Shown: positions 34,566 through 47,815 of the stretch, piece after piece | Layout of the letters: each line of letters begins with the position of its first letter | Numbering within the stretch: the stretch's first letter is position 1 | Assembly (NCBI RefSeq): GCF_006345805.1 | Contig: NC_043001.1 | Coordinates: 42,222,001 to 42,286,000, forward strand | From: Octopus sinensis | Lineage: Eukaryota | Direction: 5' to 3' | Length of the DNA: 64,000 nucleotides | The notes under the pieces: generated by a model | What the model saw: only the letters and a program-made list of their open reading frames with translations | What the model was told of the DNA's origin: nothing | Database searches by the model: none | Program-made: the position numbers and the translations under genes

Positions 34566-35389
34566 TTTAAAAACTATTGCCTGTTATACAGTATAGATAA
34601 ATATATTGTGAGAGTTGTTCTCAAATTAGGTTGAACAGTTTTGTTTTTATATATTTTAATACTTTATCATTTAGTTCATTACAATATGTTAGTATTTACC
34701 ATTATAAAAAAATTATCACTTTCAACAAAACGTACTGCCTAGAATGGAGTTTACATTTTCCTCATAGCCAATCAATTTATTATACTCTTGAACTGCTTGT
34801 GATCACCGATTGCTGATAAAGACCACCACTGTTATCCTTGATACCTTTTAGTTACTGTATTAAAATATCATTATTTAATATAAGAAAGTAAGAAATTGTT
34901 TTCAATTTTATTCTTATTGAAATAAAAGCTACAATTAACTTTTTATTCTACATGTTTTGATAAAAATTTATTAACTTTATAATGTCTTTATCTAAAAATT
35001 AAATAAATAAAATTTCAATTAGTTCAGTTTATTATTGTATTAAGCAGCTTGTTTTGAACACTTTTCATTGTTTTTTATCAGGTAATTTTTCCACCAAATT
35101 ACTTCAGTATTACTTGTATATTTTTAGATAGAGACACTTTTTGTATTTAACTCATTTCTCTGTTTAACTGCTTACAGTTTCCTAGTTATTGTGGTTTTAT
35201 TTAAATATAATGCTCACTTTGGTAAATCTTAACTTAATTCCTAAACTTAAAATATATATATTTTTTTCAATATTTCTTGCTGAAAAATAACTTTTCAAAA
35301 CCATTATAGAAAAAACAGTTTATATTCCAATTATATAATATATGAATTTACTTGTGAAATAACACTGCTTAACATCAGTGGTTTGATAT

Positions 35390-35799
35390 AAGGTGGCAAG
35401 GTGGTAGAATCTTTAGCACGATAGGCAAAATGCTTTGTGGTATTTTGTTCACCATTACATTCTGAGTTCAAATTCCACCAAGGTTAGCTTTGCCTTTTAT
35501 CCTTTCGGGGTTGACAAAATAAGCACCAGTAGAGCACTAGGGCTGATGTAATCAATTTACCCCATTACTTGAAATTGCTGGCCTTGTGCCCAAATTTGAA
35601 AATTTGGTCAGATAATGAGCTAGCAGAATAGATACCCCAATGGACAAAATGTTTAGTGGCATTTCTTATGGATCTTTATGTTCTAAGCTCAAATTCCACC
35701 AAGGTCAACTTTGCTTTTCATCCTTTTAGGGTGAATATAATCAACTTATCTCTTCCCCTAAAAAACTCTAGCCTTGTACTAAAATTAGAAAGAAAGACT
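35390..35799 (+). mobile_element. Head-to-tail SINE dimer
   Basis: Two SINE bodies (about 35390-35602 and 35617-35790) bracketed by ATCAGTGGTTTG at 35374 and 35800. Confidence 0.75.
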
Positions 35800-36704
35800 A
35801 TCAGTGGTTTGGTAAAAGCTTAGTATTATTTTATGATAATGATATACCATATATATACACACGATGTCAAATATACATATACTTTAAAAATATGTTTATT
35901 AAATTATGTTCTTGCACAAAACAACAACTACTTTGGTCACAAACAAAAAGTTATATCATTTAAAAGCTTATGTCACTAATAAGAATGATAAGAGCACTGA
36001 ATGGTTGTTGCTGTATCACCACTTGTTTTCCAAACCTTATACTCTGAATGGGTATTATTTTGTTCGGGCTAAATTTCATTTTCTTAATATTTTTCAGAAA
36101 ATCAATATCAGGGTAGAGCATTCCCCACTCCCACCTTTTTCTCTCCTTCTATTCTGTTTTACTGAAATTATATCAATTTTTTTTCTTCCATCTCTATTAA
36201 GTTGGGCAGAAATAAATGTGAATCTCAAGAATATTTTAAGACACTTAAACAGTGATGATATTTTAATTTACATGATGTTCGAATTGCTTACAGGGTAAGG
36301 TATTGAAATTTGATAAGTTTGATTTTAATTAACAACAAAGATAATTTATTTAATTTTTGTCTTCTGTTTGTTGTCTGTTATTGATAGAGGAAGTATCCCT
36401 GTAGTGCCATAGAAATAAATTGGTAGGGAAGTGGGCAATCAGCCAAGGTGCTGTATATTCTGCCATTGGCATTTTGTTGTGTCGGCCTTTACACTTAAAT
36501 CTCAATACTTGAGAGTGCCTAGCTCAAATTAGGTGCCACATATATATTATTTTACCATTGTAAGAAGTGGAAACATTATGAATTAATAAGTATTTTATTG
36601 GTTTGTAGGTGCTGAGTTAAATTTCTCAGGTTGTAAAAGCTGCCTGCAATAGATAATTTTTTTTGGCCATTGACACGATATAGTGACAATAATTTGCAAC
36701 TTAC

Positions 36705-36807
36705 CTGGTTGTCCAGTTCACTGTCAAATCATTAATTTATACTCATCTATTTAACTAAGCTCAAATATGTATGTACTTAGTACTCAGTTGTGGATAACAA
36801 CCAAACA
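36705..36807 (-). other. Candidate non-coding exon
   Basis: ttttagtatatttctctgtgcAG|103 nt|CAG/GTAAGT; stops in all three frames. Confidence 0.3.
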
Positions 36808-38254
36808 CTGCACAGAGAAATATACTAAAATCAAAAGGATCACGAGAAATTGTGGATACTCATGGTTGTTTGTATCAACAAGAATCAACTCATTAAAAAC
36901 CATAGTGTTTAGCTTATATTATATGAGTTCTTAGATTTTAATCTAAATTATCAATTTTAGAGCTTATACCCAAATTATTCAAGTAATTATTTTACTAACT
37001 TCTGAACTATCATATAAAAGGTTAAACCAGACTTGATCAAAATAGTTTAAGGTTTCTAATTAGATGCTTTTTCACAAAGTCTCTAATACATTCAGTATTT
37101 AAACAAATAGATATTTTGTAATAGAGTATTAGCATGTATGTATATAAAAACATACATATACATGTAAAATAATTAGAGAGAGAGAGTAAGAGCAAATAAA
37201 AAAAATAATGATTATAGTTTAAAGGTTTTTTTTAACCCTATACTTATATGCTATTGTTTATAGCTTTTATCTTCTTTGAGTTCAACTATTAAAAACAAAT
37301 CATTGTAGAATTTAATATTTGTTTACTTTTATGTCCTCTAGGGGACAAGAAATCAAGAAATGAGTGGATTAGAATTATTTAATCTCTTTATTTGTCTAAA
37401 TCTATGTGATTGTTATCTAAAGTTTTAAGTAAATAATACAGGGAAGAATTAGTTCACTTTGCTAAAGATAGCATGAATTTGAATGACTATTATCTAATGG
37501 TGGAAATTAGCAGTTTACTTTTGCTAAATCGCAATGATGTGGCTATTTAATAGTGTCATTATGGTTCACAAAAGATGTTAGACACAAATAATTTAATCAT
37601 AAATAATTTATAATTAGGTAGATCTTTGTTTGCCTGAGATAAATTAAGAGATGTGTTATATACCAATGAGATTTTCTTTTTAAGTTATGTAATGAAGTTC
37701 ATAAAAATAGCAATAGTTTCTAAAAAGATGTTATTGTTTTCAAATTTATTTAAAACTTATTTTAATTTGCTGATTCTGTTGATTATTTCCCTTCCAGCTA
37801 ATTGTACATTTACATTTTGGCTTAAATCCCTTTTTGTTTTTTTTTTCAACTGATTAATGAAACATACTGCAATAGTTGTTACAAAATATGCTCTCCACAC
37901 CAGTTTGTTAGTATTTCTATTTTATCAATTAAACAAAAAATAATTGTTATTTCCAAAGAGTTGAATTTTTTATTTTATTTTACAATGCACTATTTTCATA
38001 ATCTTTATATCAAATTATTTATATATCCTGTGATAAAATATAACCCAAGACACCTAGACATACGTTTTAGTATTTATTTCCTCTCATTTCTTTGTTAAAT
38101 TTTATACAATTCCATGAATACCGAAGAATATTTGCTATCTTTATGATATATTTGGTAGATTTTTGGAAAAATTTTGTAGTCTTTTATGAGGAAAATGTCC
38201 TTACGCTATGTCATGAACAAGTATCATCATCATCGTCGTCGTCAATATCATAAA

Positions 38255-38697
38255 GGACAGAAGACTGGCAGAAATGGTAGAGTATCAAAATAATTTTTGG
38301 TATTTAGTTACATACCTTTGTATTGTAAGTTTAAATTCTGCTGAGGTTAACTTTGCCTGTCATCCTTTCAGGGTTGATAAAATAAAGTACCAGACAAATA
38401 CCATGGTCAGTTTAATTGACTAATTCTTTTCCACAGGTTTATGGCCTTGTGCCTAAATTAGAAACAATTATTATTGCTTGCTGTGAAAGATGGTGAATTG
38501 GCAGAATCATTAGCATGCTGGATAAAATGTTTAGCAGCATTTCTTCTGGCTTCATATTCTGAGTTCAAATGCCATCATGGTCAACTTTGCCTTTCATCCT
38601 TTTGGGGTCAATAAAATAAGTACCAGTTGAGCACTGGAGTCAATGTAACCTCATACCCCAAAATTTCAGACTTTGTGTCTCTAGTAGAAAGGATTAT
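38255..38697 (+). mobile_element. Two adjacent tRNA-type SINE copies
   Basis: Each contains the GAGTTCAAAT/GTCAACTTTGCCT..CATCCTTT..GGG.T.ATAAAATAAGTACCAG core. Confidence 0.75.
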
Positions 38698-39639
38698 TAT
38701 TTGATGTGGAGATCTGATTTTATGAAACTGATTTGTGGAAAGATATGAAATTCATCATCACCTGTTCTTCTGTAAATGCAAGGATTTATACCAATTTGAA
38801 AATATTAACATTATTATTGTTATTGTTTATATTATACTGATATTATACACTAATATTATTTTTGAAACTTGTAAGTGTAATAGTGACTCAAATGTTCAAT
38901 TACAACCATTTTAAAAAATTTCTTGTTCTGTTCCAAATGAATTGTAATTAGAGGGCTTGGTTTTCAAAATTTTTTCTTGCACCCCACAAACACTTTTTAA
39001 AAAAGAGAAACAAACTGTGTTTGAAACCTGAATATATATTATATGTGTGAATTACAATGATTTATTATCTATAATTTGCTTTTTTATATTTAATGAGACA
39101 ACAATTTATCAGTAGTAGGAAAATTTATTAGGTGTTCTAAAGTAATTTAAAGGTGCAGAAGAATCATTTCTGAGTCACTGTAGAAGATTGGATGACTAAG
39201 TGATGAATGAGAGAGAATCTTATAATATCCTTGCCCCTCTTCAACAAACCTAGTCTTGCATTAACTTCATTGTTTCATATTTGAGATAATTCTTTTAATG
39301 TCCAGGTTAGCTTATTCCAGCTGATCTAAAGTGTTCCAACTATGACCATTAGATTTTTTTTTCAGGCATTGTATAACAAGAATTACATTGTCCAATATGT
39401 CCTTCTTTAAGGTTGATAGAGTATGATTTGAAGAAAATTTCGCTTCTGTTTCCAGCAGATTGAGCAATTGCATTTGCCTATAGGATTATTATCTCATGGC
39501 CTATGATGAATATTTAAGATTTGGTGCAATGGTAACAGCATCAAACTAGTTACTCAATGGTATCCTAGTTCAGTGCCTTCTCACTCCAAGTTCAAATCTC
39601 GCTACAGTCAACTTAGCTTTTGTTTTCTTTCAGGATTGA

Positions 39640-39826
39640 TGAAAAATAGAATATTTAATTCTACTGATCTGAGATTTGAAGCCAAGTTGTTACGCTGCTG
39701 CTATTGGCCAGAAGGTTCAAGTTTTGCATCTGTTGAAAAATAGAATATTTAATTCTACTGCGTTGAGATTTGAAGCCAAGTTGTTACACTGCTGCTATTG
39801 GCCAGAAGGTTCAAGTTTTGTATCTT
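39640..39826. repeat. 94-bp tandem duplication
   Basis: GAAAAATAGAATATTTAATTCTACTG at 39641 and 39735; few differences. Confidence 0.95.
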
Positions 39827-39975
39827 GTGTAACTAGAACACACCTCCCCTTTTATTGATATGTTTGATTTTTTTTTTAGCTTAAGCTCATTCAAGCTAGC
39901 AAAATACCTTTTTAAAAATTGTTGTAAGTTTCCAGCAGGATTAAAGAAAGTTCTAGCAAATCACCTTTAACTTAC

Positions 39976-40056
39976 AAAATTCTCATTGGTACACCTGCAA
40001 TCTAATAGGCTACAAGGCACTACTTGTTTAGATTCGCATGATACAAGGTTTGAAAA
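39976..40056 (-). other. Candidate exon
   Basis: gtatttcAG|81 nt|GTAAGT; one open frame FSNLVSCESKQVVPCSLLDCRCTNENF. Confidence 0.25.
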
Positions 40057-40624
40057 CTGAAATACTACTGAAACTTGCAACTAAATCATATCTAATAACA
40101 AGAGAATGATTTGAAAATTTTAGGGTATTTTTTCTTAATTATTTTCGAGTTATTTTATTAAATGCTAAATCTACATTAAGATATTTCATAAAGCACCCCC
40201 TTGTAACTCACTGGCAGACACTTTAACAGGTACAGCAATTTGAGTTTCATACTGAACCAATTTCTTCTACATTGTTATGATTCAGTGCTGAGTATTTGTG
40301 TGGACGGATGGACGGACACACACACACACAAAATACTGATTCACATTTCTAGCTAAATAAATCAATATTTGACTCGTGCTGCACCCATCAATCTTTAATT
40401 AAAAAGCTAAGGGATTTCTCCATGTTTTATAATCCAACAGTTTGGTGTTGCATTAATATTGATACTGGAAGTTGAGCAAAATTGTTCTTGTTTTTATTAT
40501 TGGTTTTTATTATTAGATGTTTTTATTATTAGATGTAATTATTATTATTTATTCTGTGGGAGAGCAATTTAGGAAAGTTTCTTTTTTGATGGAAGATATC
40601 AAGAGATTTTCATGGAATGCTTAC

Positions 40625-40655
40625 CTGGTTTAATCTCTCCAATATTACCATGGTT
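40625..40655 (-). other. Candidate micro-exon
   Basis: Long polypyrimidine tract ttttttcttcttttcttattcttgccAG|31 nt|CAG/GTAAGC; contains ACCATGG. Confidence 0.35.
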
Positions 40656-40834
40656 CTGGCAAGAATAAGAAAAGAAGAAAAAACCATATATACCTTGTAT
40701 TAGAGTGATTCTTCAAATTTATTTCCATCTTTCTCATTTTCTTGTTCCCCTTTACCTTATTTTATACTAATATCATTTGTGTATTTGAGATTGAATATAT
40801 TTGGAAATTCAAAGTATCTCATTTTACATCTGTA

Positions 40835-41100
40835 TGATAGAAGTCGTATTGATGATATTGGTGACAATAATCAGTGTTGCTGCTGATGTTGGTGGCAACA
40901 ATCAGGAAAATAAAGACAAAGATAACTATGATGGCAATTTCTGTTACTAAAATAATAACAATGATGACAACCATGACAACAAACAGCCCAGTTATGATGA
41001 TGATGATGATGAAATAGAAGAAGAGGTGGCAGAAGAAGAAAGGAAAGCAAGGTTTCTCAGGTAGAATAATGACTACAACAAAGCTGATAGAAACAAATAT
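40835..41100. repeat. Decayed (GAT/AAC)n low-complexity tract
   Basis: Trinucleotide-periodic GAT/AAC/GAA with stops in all frames. Confidence 0.6.
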
Positions 41101-42269
41101 TGCAATAACTTTGAAGTGCTGAGGAGATGCAATACTGGACTGCTTGCTTAATTGCAGTTAGTTTGGTAGCTAATTACTCTGAGTTAAGACCCCACTTATA
41201 TCAACTTCACCATTTATCTGTACAAGGTGTGAACAAAAGAATTAGTCTATAATATACTGGGTAAATTTAACCTACTATAGACCTTCTGCTATAAAACCAG
41301 TTTTGTGTCAAGACAAAAGTAATCAAAGGTATTATTATAGGAAACCAGTGGAATAGATAAGATCCTAGAGAGCTGAATCTATGATATGGTTTTTATTTGC
41401 AGTTGGTGGAAACTCTTTTCACTTATATCATGACATTAATGTGGGATATAAACATCCCACATGATTGTGGGTATAAACATCCCACAATCTCCTTCCCTTT
41501 CTTCCAATAAATCCATGACCTTGTGTCTAAATAAGAAATCAAGGATGGTGGAGTGACAGAAATGTTAAAAAACTAAACTCAAAATGCCTTACAGTACTTA
41601 GTTTTGTTCCCTTTACCCACTGAATTCAAATCCAGCTGGGATTGATTTTTTTGCTCAATAAAATAAGTTCCCAATACATGTGAGGTTGATTCAACTAGCA
41701 ACAAGCCTCCTTCCCTATCAATTTATGGCATTGTAGCAATGCACGAAATCCTTGTTGTTAATGTAACATAAAATCCCATAAAACAAGTAAGCTTCAAGCA
41801 AGCTGAGTTCAGCAATTCATTTGATATTCTACTACTTCTCTTATGTTACTAAAGCTCTTGGAAAGATGTGAATGTCACACAATTTCATTTCCCTTCTTCT
41901 TCCAATCTGATACTTCAAAACTTCAAAGACCAAAACCATCATAATGATATCAAAAGGAATCAGTAGACAAGATATTAGACAATAGTCTAAATGCATATCA
42001 GTATTTGCTTTGTATCTCTCAATTTATTTTGTGTTAAAATCCATCTGGAGGAAGGGAGTTAACTTTATATTTAACCCCACCAACTCCCAAAGTTAATAAA
42101 GCAGATACCAGCAATATATAGGAGGACAAATTAATTCCAATTCCAAAATAACAAATAAATGGTTTTATACCTGGTCAATAGAAACTAATATTTATAACTA
42201 TCTCCAATGAAACAAACAAATAATTGGCCTTATAACGATAACCATTTATATGACAGTGAACTATGGCGC

Positions 42270-42655
42270 TAGTAATAATAACTGGAAATGGTAATGACAG
42301 TGATACTGTCAGCAAAGGTGATTATGTCAGTTAGACAGACAAAAATAATGCTAATGCAGCCTCAAAGTAAAACTGATATTGATGATACCAATAAAGCTAG
42401 ACAGTGATATGTTGTTGATACAGAGGTGACAGTACCAGCTTTTACACAACCATAAAATATATAATGATGACATTGATGAAAATGGACAATGATAATGAAA
42501 ACATTAATGATCATGATAACAATGATGAAGACTACGAGGATGTTAACAACAAAAAGGATAATAACAAGGATACTGTTAACACTGATGATTTTGGCATGAC
42601 ACAAATGAAGAATGCAGTCCGACTTAAAAAAGACAATCATTTTGAAACTTGTTAA
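42270..42655. repeat. Decayed (GAT/AAT)n low-complexity tract
   Basis: D/N-rich pseudo-ORF 42464-42655 arises from trinucleotide periodicity. Confidence 0.6.
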
Positions 42656-44660
42656 CCAAGAATTTTAATTGCTCCTACGTAATTGTAGCAGTTTTAGTTG
42701 GTGAGAAAACAGCTAGTCTTTTTTAAGTTATATAAACATCAACCCACACTTTTGTTTTTGATTTTGAGGTTTTTAATTGTAAAATGTGAACATAAACTAA
42801 AATTCAATTAAAATATAATTTGAGAATACTAAATTTCAGATTAAAAATATTACACCTTTTAAATCTTTTTGTGGATTTTCTACAAGCTGAATATTTGAAT
42901 CCAAGCAAATTATATTTAGTAAATATTTTAGAAATTTTATGCCAAAATTGAATTTGCCTTTTATCCTTTTTGGGTTGAAAGTACTAATAATAAATTGAGT
43001 TTAATTGATCATCTCCACCTCTTTCCTTCAAAAATAAAACTTGTGCCTAGTCAAAACAAGCAAGTGTTAAGTAATGTTATCATGTGCTTAGTTTAGAAAA
43101 CTTAATCTGAAAATTGAAACATTGATTGTTTCCATATTTGTTACAAGTCATTAAATTTTTATCAAAATTACTGGGTTCTTATTGAAGTTAAATCATTAAA
43201 AAAAAAAATCTGGTATATTTTCTATGTATCATTCATATCTTTCTGGTTTAACAATAAACTATACCTTGACTGCTAAGGGTTTCAATGCTCTTTACAATAT
43301 AAAAAATAAAACTTAAATAACTTATTTCGTTTGTGTGTTTAGACTATAAAGTCTTAACTAGAATGAAAGAAGTTATGATTTCTACTTTGCAATTAATTCT
43401 ATAATGGATGATGTTGATGAGGGAAAACTATCAAATTTTACCATGTGGCTCTTTGAAACTTGAGGGTTTCAAACTATGGATTATTACTGAACTTTTCTTA
43501 AGCTAGCTGACCATATCCCAGATAAATTGTAATGTTTTGTTCTTGTCTCTATCTTCCCTATCCCACTCAATTTATAGCAACAACAGTAGTTGATTGGATA
43601 GTTCAGCAGCTTCAATGACAATCAGAAAGCATTATTGTATACAATATTTTTCCTGGCATAAGTTGCTACAAATATTTAGATGTACTCTATTTTAACAAAA
43701 CATATTTAGAAAACTGATTGGTGTTTTGTTTATGATTACCATCTTATTTGTTTTTATTTTCAAAGTTATATAGATAGTAGTACACTCTTTGATACAGTAT
43801 TCAAGAAATTACTTATTGGTGAATAGCAAAAGAAATAGCTGACTTCAACATGTAGTGGGTTCAGTTATCAGCAGTCAAATTTGAATGATTAATATAAAAA
43901 CACCTACAACTAAAAGAATTTGCATTGTTTGTTCCAGATTTGATTTTATATTACTAAACACTAATTCTTACTAATTGCTAATATTTATGAGGGGTAATCT
44001 GTCTATCATCTTGGCTCTACAGAATGGTTTTAAAGATATATACAATAAAAGTAACATCCTATGAACCAGAAAAATACAGTATTTATTGTTGGCACAATAT
44101 TTCATTTAATGTTTCTAAGTTTTTTATTCATTGATTCAATACCCACCTCCAAAAAATGAATTATTTTGCTAAGAAGGATAAATGCTGGTTTATAGTTTAT
44201 TTCTTTATTAGTTAGTTTAGACAAAAAGCTTTTAATTTCATTTTTAATTCATTTTATTCTATTATAACAATTTTTTGAAACAAGCTCATTTTGAAGTTAA
44301 AGTTTTTGATCGACGGTGAAGTTTATTAATTCATTTTTAAAATATTTACAATGTGAAAAGGAAAAGAAGTTGGAAAAAATTTTACACACTATATTCAATG
44401 CAAATAAAAAATATATATACATATATATATAAAGAAAACAATATATTATAAATAATTAGATGTAATTTTTTTTTTTGCATTATAAATAATGGGTGTTATC
44501 TGACGTGCTAAATCAACATTAAAATTCAAACTTCATTATAATTAAAAGAAAAAAAACTCTTTAGGCATAAGTAAAATTTGGAATTTTATTGTCTTTTTCT
44601 TTTTTTAACCACACAACAGCAAATTCTGTAGCAGGAATAAACTATAAAACTCTTTTTTTG

Positions 44661-44698
<38 letters not shown>

Positions 44699-44745
44699 CA
44701 TCGTCGTTGTTGTTGTTGTTATCATTATCATCACCATCATCATCA
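44661..44745. repeat. Compound (ATT)n(GTT)n(ATC)n microsatellite
   Basis: Direct reading. Confidence 0.9.
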
Positions 44746-46391
44746 TTAAAACCCCTATGAAAGTAATTTTATAGATGCTTGTTTTTCTTACTGAAACTTA
44801 TCAATAATATTCCAGTAATATTGCCAGCTTTTGATTAGTCAGTGGTTTAATAAAACCACTTCTAAAACTTATAAGATCAAGCTTAAATTATGAAGTGACA
44901 AATTATTATATTATTGAGAGTTCTTTTCATTCAGAAATAAAGAAAACATTCCCTTTTATCTTCATTAACTGATGTTTTGTTGTAATCTTTTGTAAAGTTT
45001 GTTTGCTGCTAATTCTTGTTTGATTGGTGGCTTAAAATTGTCTTAGGACATTTGATCAGAAACTAATAGATGGCAGACAATGATTGATGACCAGGAATAT
45101 AATGAATAAGAGATTGGTGCATTTGTTGTGATAACAACAACAATTAACAAGGAAAATGAAGTAAAATGTAATGTTATAGTCCATTGAGTTATTGAAGCAC
45201 CATTTAAGACTCCATCTGCCTATCATATAAAATAAATCCAATATGGTAGTCTTCATGTGGCTAAAGTGTTCTCAAATCACAGCTTATCAGTTTAAAAATG
45301 AAAAGACACATCGGATGATATAGTCCTAGATACACTATGTCTGAAAATATGATACAATGGAACACCTTTGATCACAGGTCTGCTCAACCAGAACCAGCCT
45401 GGGACTGAACAATAAGAATGGTAAAAATATTGATATAATTGTCTATTGCCTTCTAGTCTGTTGGAAAATTGAATGCCTGTATTGCAGGGTAATGAAACAC
45501 CTGTCAGTCATAGTATTGTCGCAGCTTTTTTCAGTGATATCTATTTACAGTTGGTGAAAACTATGGCTGTTGTTAAAGTGTGTGTTAAGACAGTGTGCTA
45601 TGGATAATCTGTAAGTGTGTCACAAAATTAAGTCAATTTTCAAAAACATGTTGGGGTAAAGTATACTTGAGGTCTTATAACGCTGTGTACAGTTAGACTA
45701 GGAAATTATAACTGGTGTGGTGACATGTGAAATGGTATTTAATTAGTAACAAATTTTAGTTTATGTATCATGAAGCACTTTATTTTTAAAAGTGTGTTAC
45801 TAATACAAAAAGATTTGAAAGGTCTGAGTTAGACACTGGTAACAGGTTAGAACTGCTAAACTTGATTAGTCAGATGGTTTTTTCATTGATACCCAACTAG
45901 AAAGTAAGGAATTGATGATTAATTAGTGGTCAAAAGTTGATCAATAAGTTGTGGTAATACAGATTTTTGATATATTAGTGATATGAGAATGACTTAGTGA
46001 TCTGTGTATAATTAATCAATCAGTGACTGATACATAATTGTTAATCTGTAAATACTTGGTCAATTATTAATTTGTGGTTTATTAGTAACCGCCAGTTATT
46101 GATTAATCAATAACTGGTGGCTTCTTAGAGAATTTACCAAATGCAAATTATTGATAAATAGTAGATTATTGATTAGATCAATAAATGATTGATCAGTTTC
46201 TGACAGTAGTTAAATGACTGAACATTTAAAACATCAATTTCTAATTGACTGGTAATTGATAATTTTTTAAAACTGATTGAATGCTATTTAATTGATTATT
46301 ACAGATAAATTATTTGCCAGTATATGATTAATCAAGCACTGGTCAACTATATATTCGTTAATAATTTGTAGATTGATCATCAATTTAATTT

Positions 46392-46735
46392 TATGAGGGC
46401 CGGCTGAACAGTTCATAGGCTGATCAAGATGCTCTTATGGAATGTGACCAGATAAGCTTTATTTTTCAACATAGTACCCTTTGCAGTTCACACACTTCTT
46501 CCATTGGTGTTGCAGTACTTGATCACATTGATGAAGAAGCTTTCATTCTGTTGGTAAAAAATGTCATCAACAATAGATATGATGTCATCATCACTATGAT
46601 ACTAGTTCCCAGCCAAGTGTTTATTCATGTTAGGGAATAGATGATAGCCAGATGGGAACAAATCAGGAGAATAGGGAGGATAAACAACCGGTTCAAAGCC
46701 ACAGTCACACTCAACGTAGCTCTGTAGCTTACTAG
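46392..46735 (-). mobile_element. Mariner transposon 3' remnant with TIR
   Basis: YPPYSPDLFPSGYHLFPNMNKHLAG (YSPDLAP.D signature); TATGAGGGCCGGCTGAACAGTTC resembles a mariner TIR after TA. Confidence 0.85.
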
Positions 46736-46800
46736 ATCCTGTCAAATCATCCAACCCATGCCAGCATGAAAAATGGGTGTTAAATGATGACGACGACAAC
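46736..46800 (+). mobile_element. Short RTE/SINE 3' tail
   Basis: GTCAAATCATCCAACCCATGCCAGCATGAAAAATGGGTGTTAAATGATGAC. Confidence 0.75.
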
Positions 46801-47639
46801 GACAATAATGCTGCCAATACCAACACCAATGACCAGATCCATGAGAATTGTCTCTATTGAATTTGAATTGTCTGTATTACCAATATTTATGATCACTGGA
46901 CTATTAGAATTGATAATTTTTGATACTACAGTTACATAAGAAATTTCACTAAAGATCAGCTCAGAACAATCAGAATTAATATTGTTCTTGAGACATGTCA
47001 TAATTTTCAGTATGAATAGGCATAAATTTATGAGAGTTGTTAACCTCACATTAAGACGGATCTCACAGGCCTTATAATCAAAGATATTTCCACTGTAACC
47101 ACCCCGTCATTTTAGGAGTGAGTAGGATTATTTTATGTAATGTGTCTTTTCTTATTTAAGATAAGAGAGCATGATTTGAGGGAGATTTAGTATCCAATTC
47201 TAGCAGGTCAAGTGGCTATGTAGAAGCATTCACAATCAGAATGGTGTGTTTTGCTATTGCTGTACTCATTAGAATCAATAATTTGAATGATACCTATGTT
47301 CAATTCATTATTTGTTTTAACTGTAAATTAACCAGAATGTTGAATTTTGATGACTATAGGATCATCAAAATTTGTTATTCTTATGCCTAGAAATTTATTA
47401 AAAATTATAATTTTGATCATAATGATTCTGTTAGTTTGATAGTTTCTACAACCAAAGATGTATAATAATTTATAATTTTTATGAAATTTGATAAATAAGT
47501 TCCAATTTTATTGAGTTTAAATATTATAATTGATAAATCAAAATTCAGAGGACATATCTATAGAAGTTGAAAAGACAGAGAAATGGTACATATCGAAGTT
47601 GATTATGTGATGGTAATGTGTAATTCATTGAGAACTGGA

Positions 47640-47815
47640 ATATCACACAATAGAGAATGGAGGATTGTATTTTGTTGTCACATTGTCTCAAATGTTCATT
47701 TTGTCTCTCTGCAATGCTTCTAGATGTCTCACCAATGTATGTAATGTTCTTACTTTTATAAGCACCCTCTATGCACCGCTTGTATTTACAAGCACCCTCT
47801 AAGGTGCATAGAGGG
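47640..47815 (-). mobile_element. Penelope GIY-YIG fragment, same family as 26479-28958
   Basis: RCIEGAYKSKNITYIGETSRSIAERQNEHLRQCDNKIQSSILY versus RCIEGACKDMNMMYIGETSRSIAERINEHLRQHDDRKQSSILY. Confidence 0.9.

Noticed and set aside
33270-34570. Possible mitochondrial control-region NUMT
   Set aside because: No recognisable mitochondrial tRNA, rRNA or protein sequence by eye; left unassigned.
35906-36298. 130-aa ORF
   Set aside because: AT-rich composition, no recognisable motif and no convincing exon partners.
45900-46390. ATTG/TGAT-rich stretch
   Set aside because: Decayed simple-sequence repeat with no higher-order structure seen.
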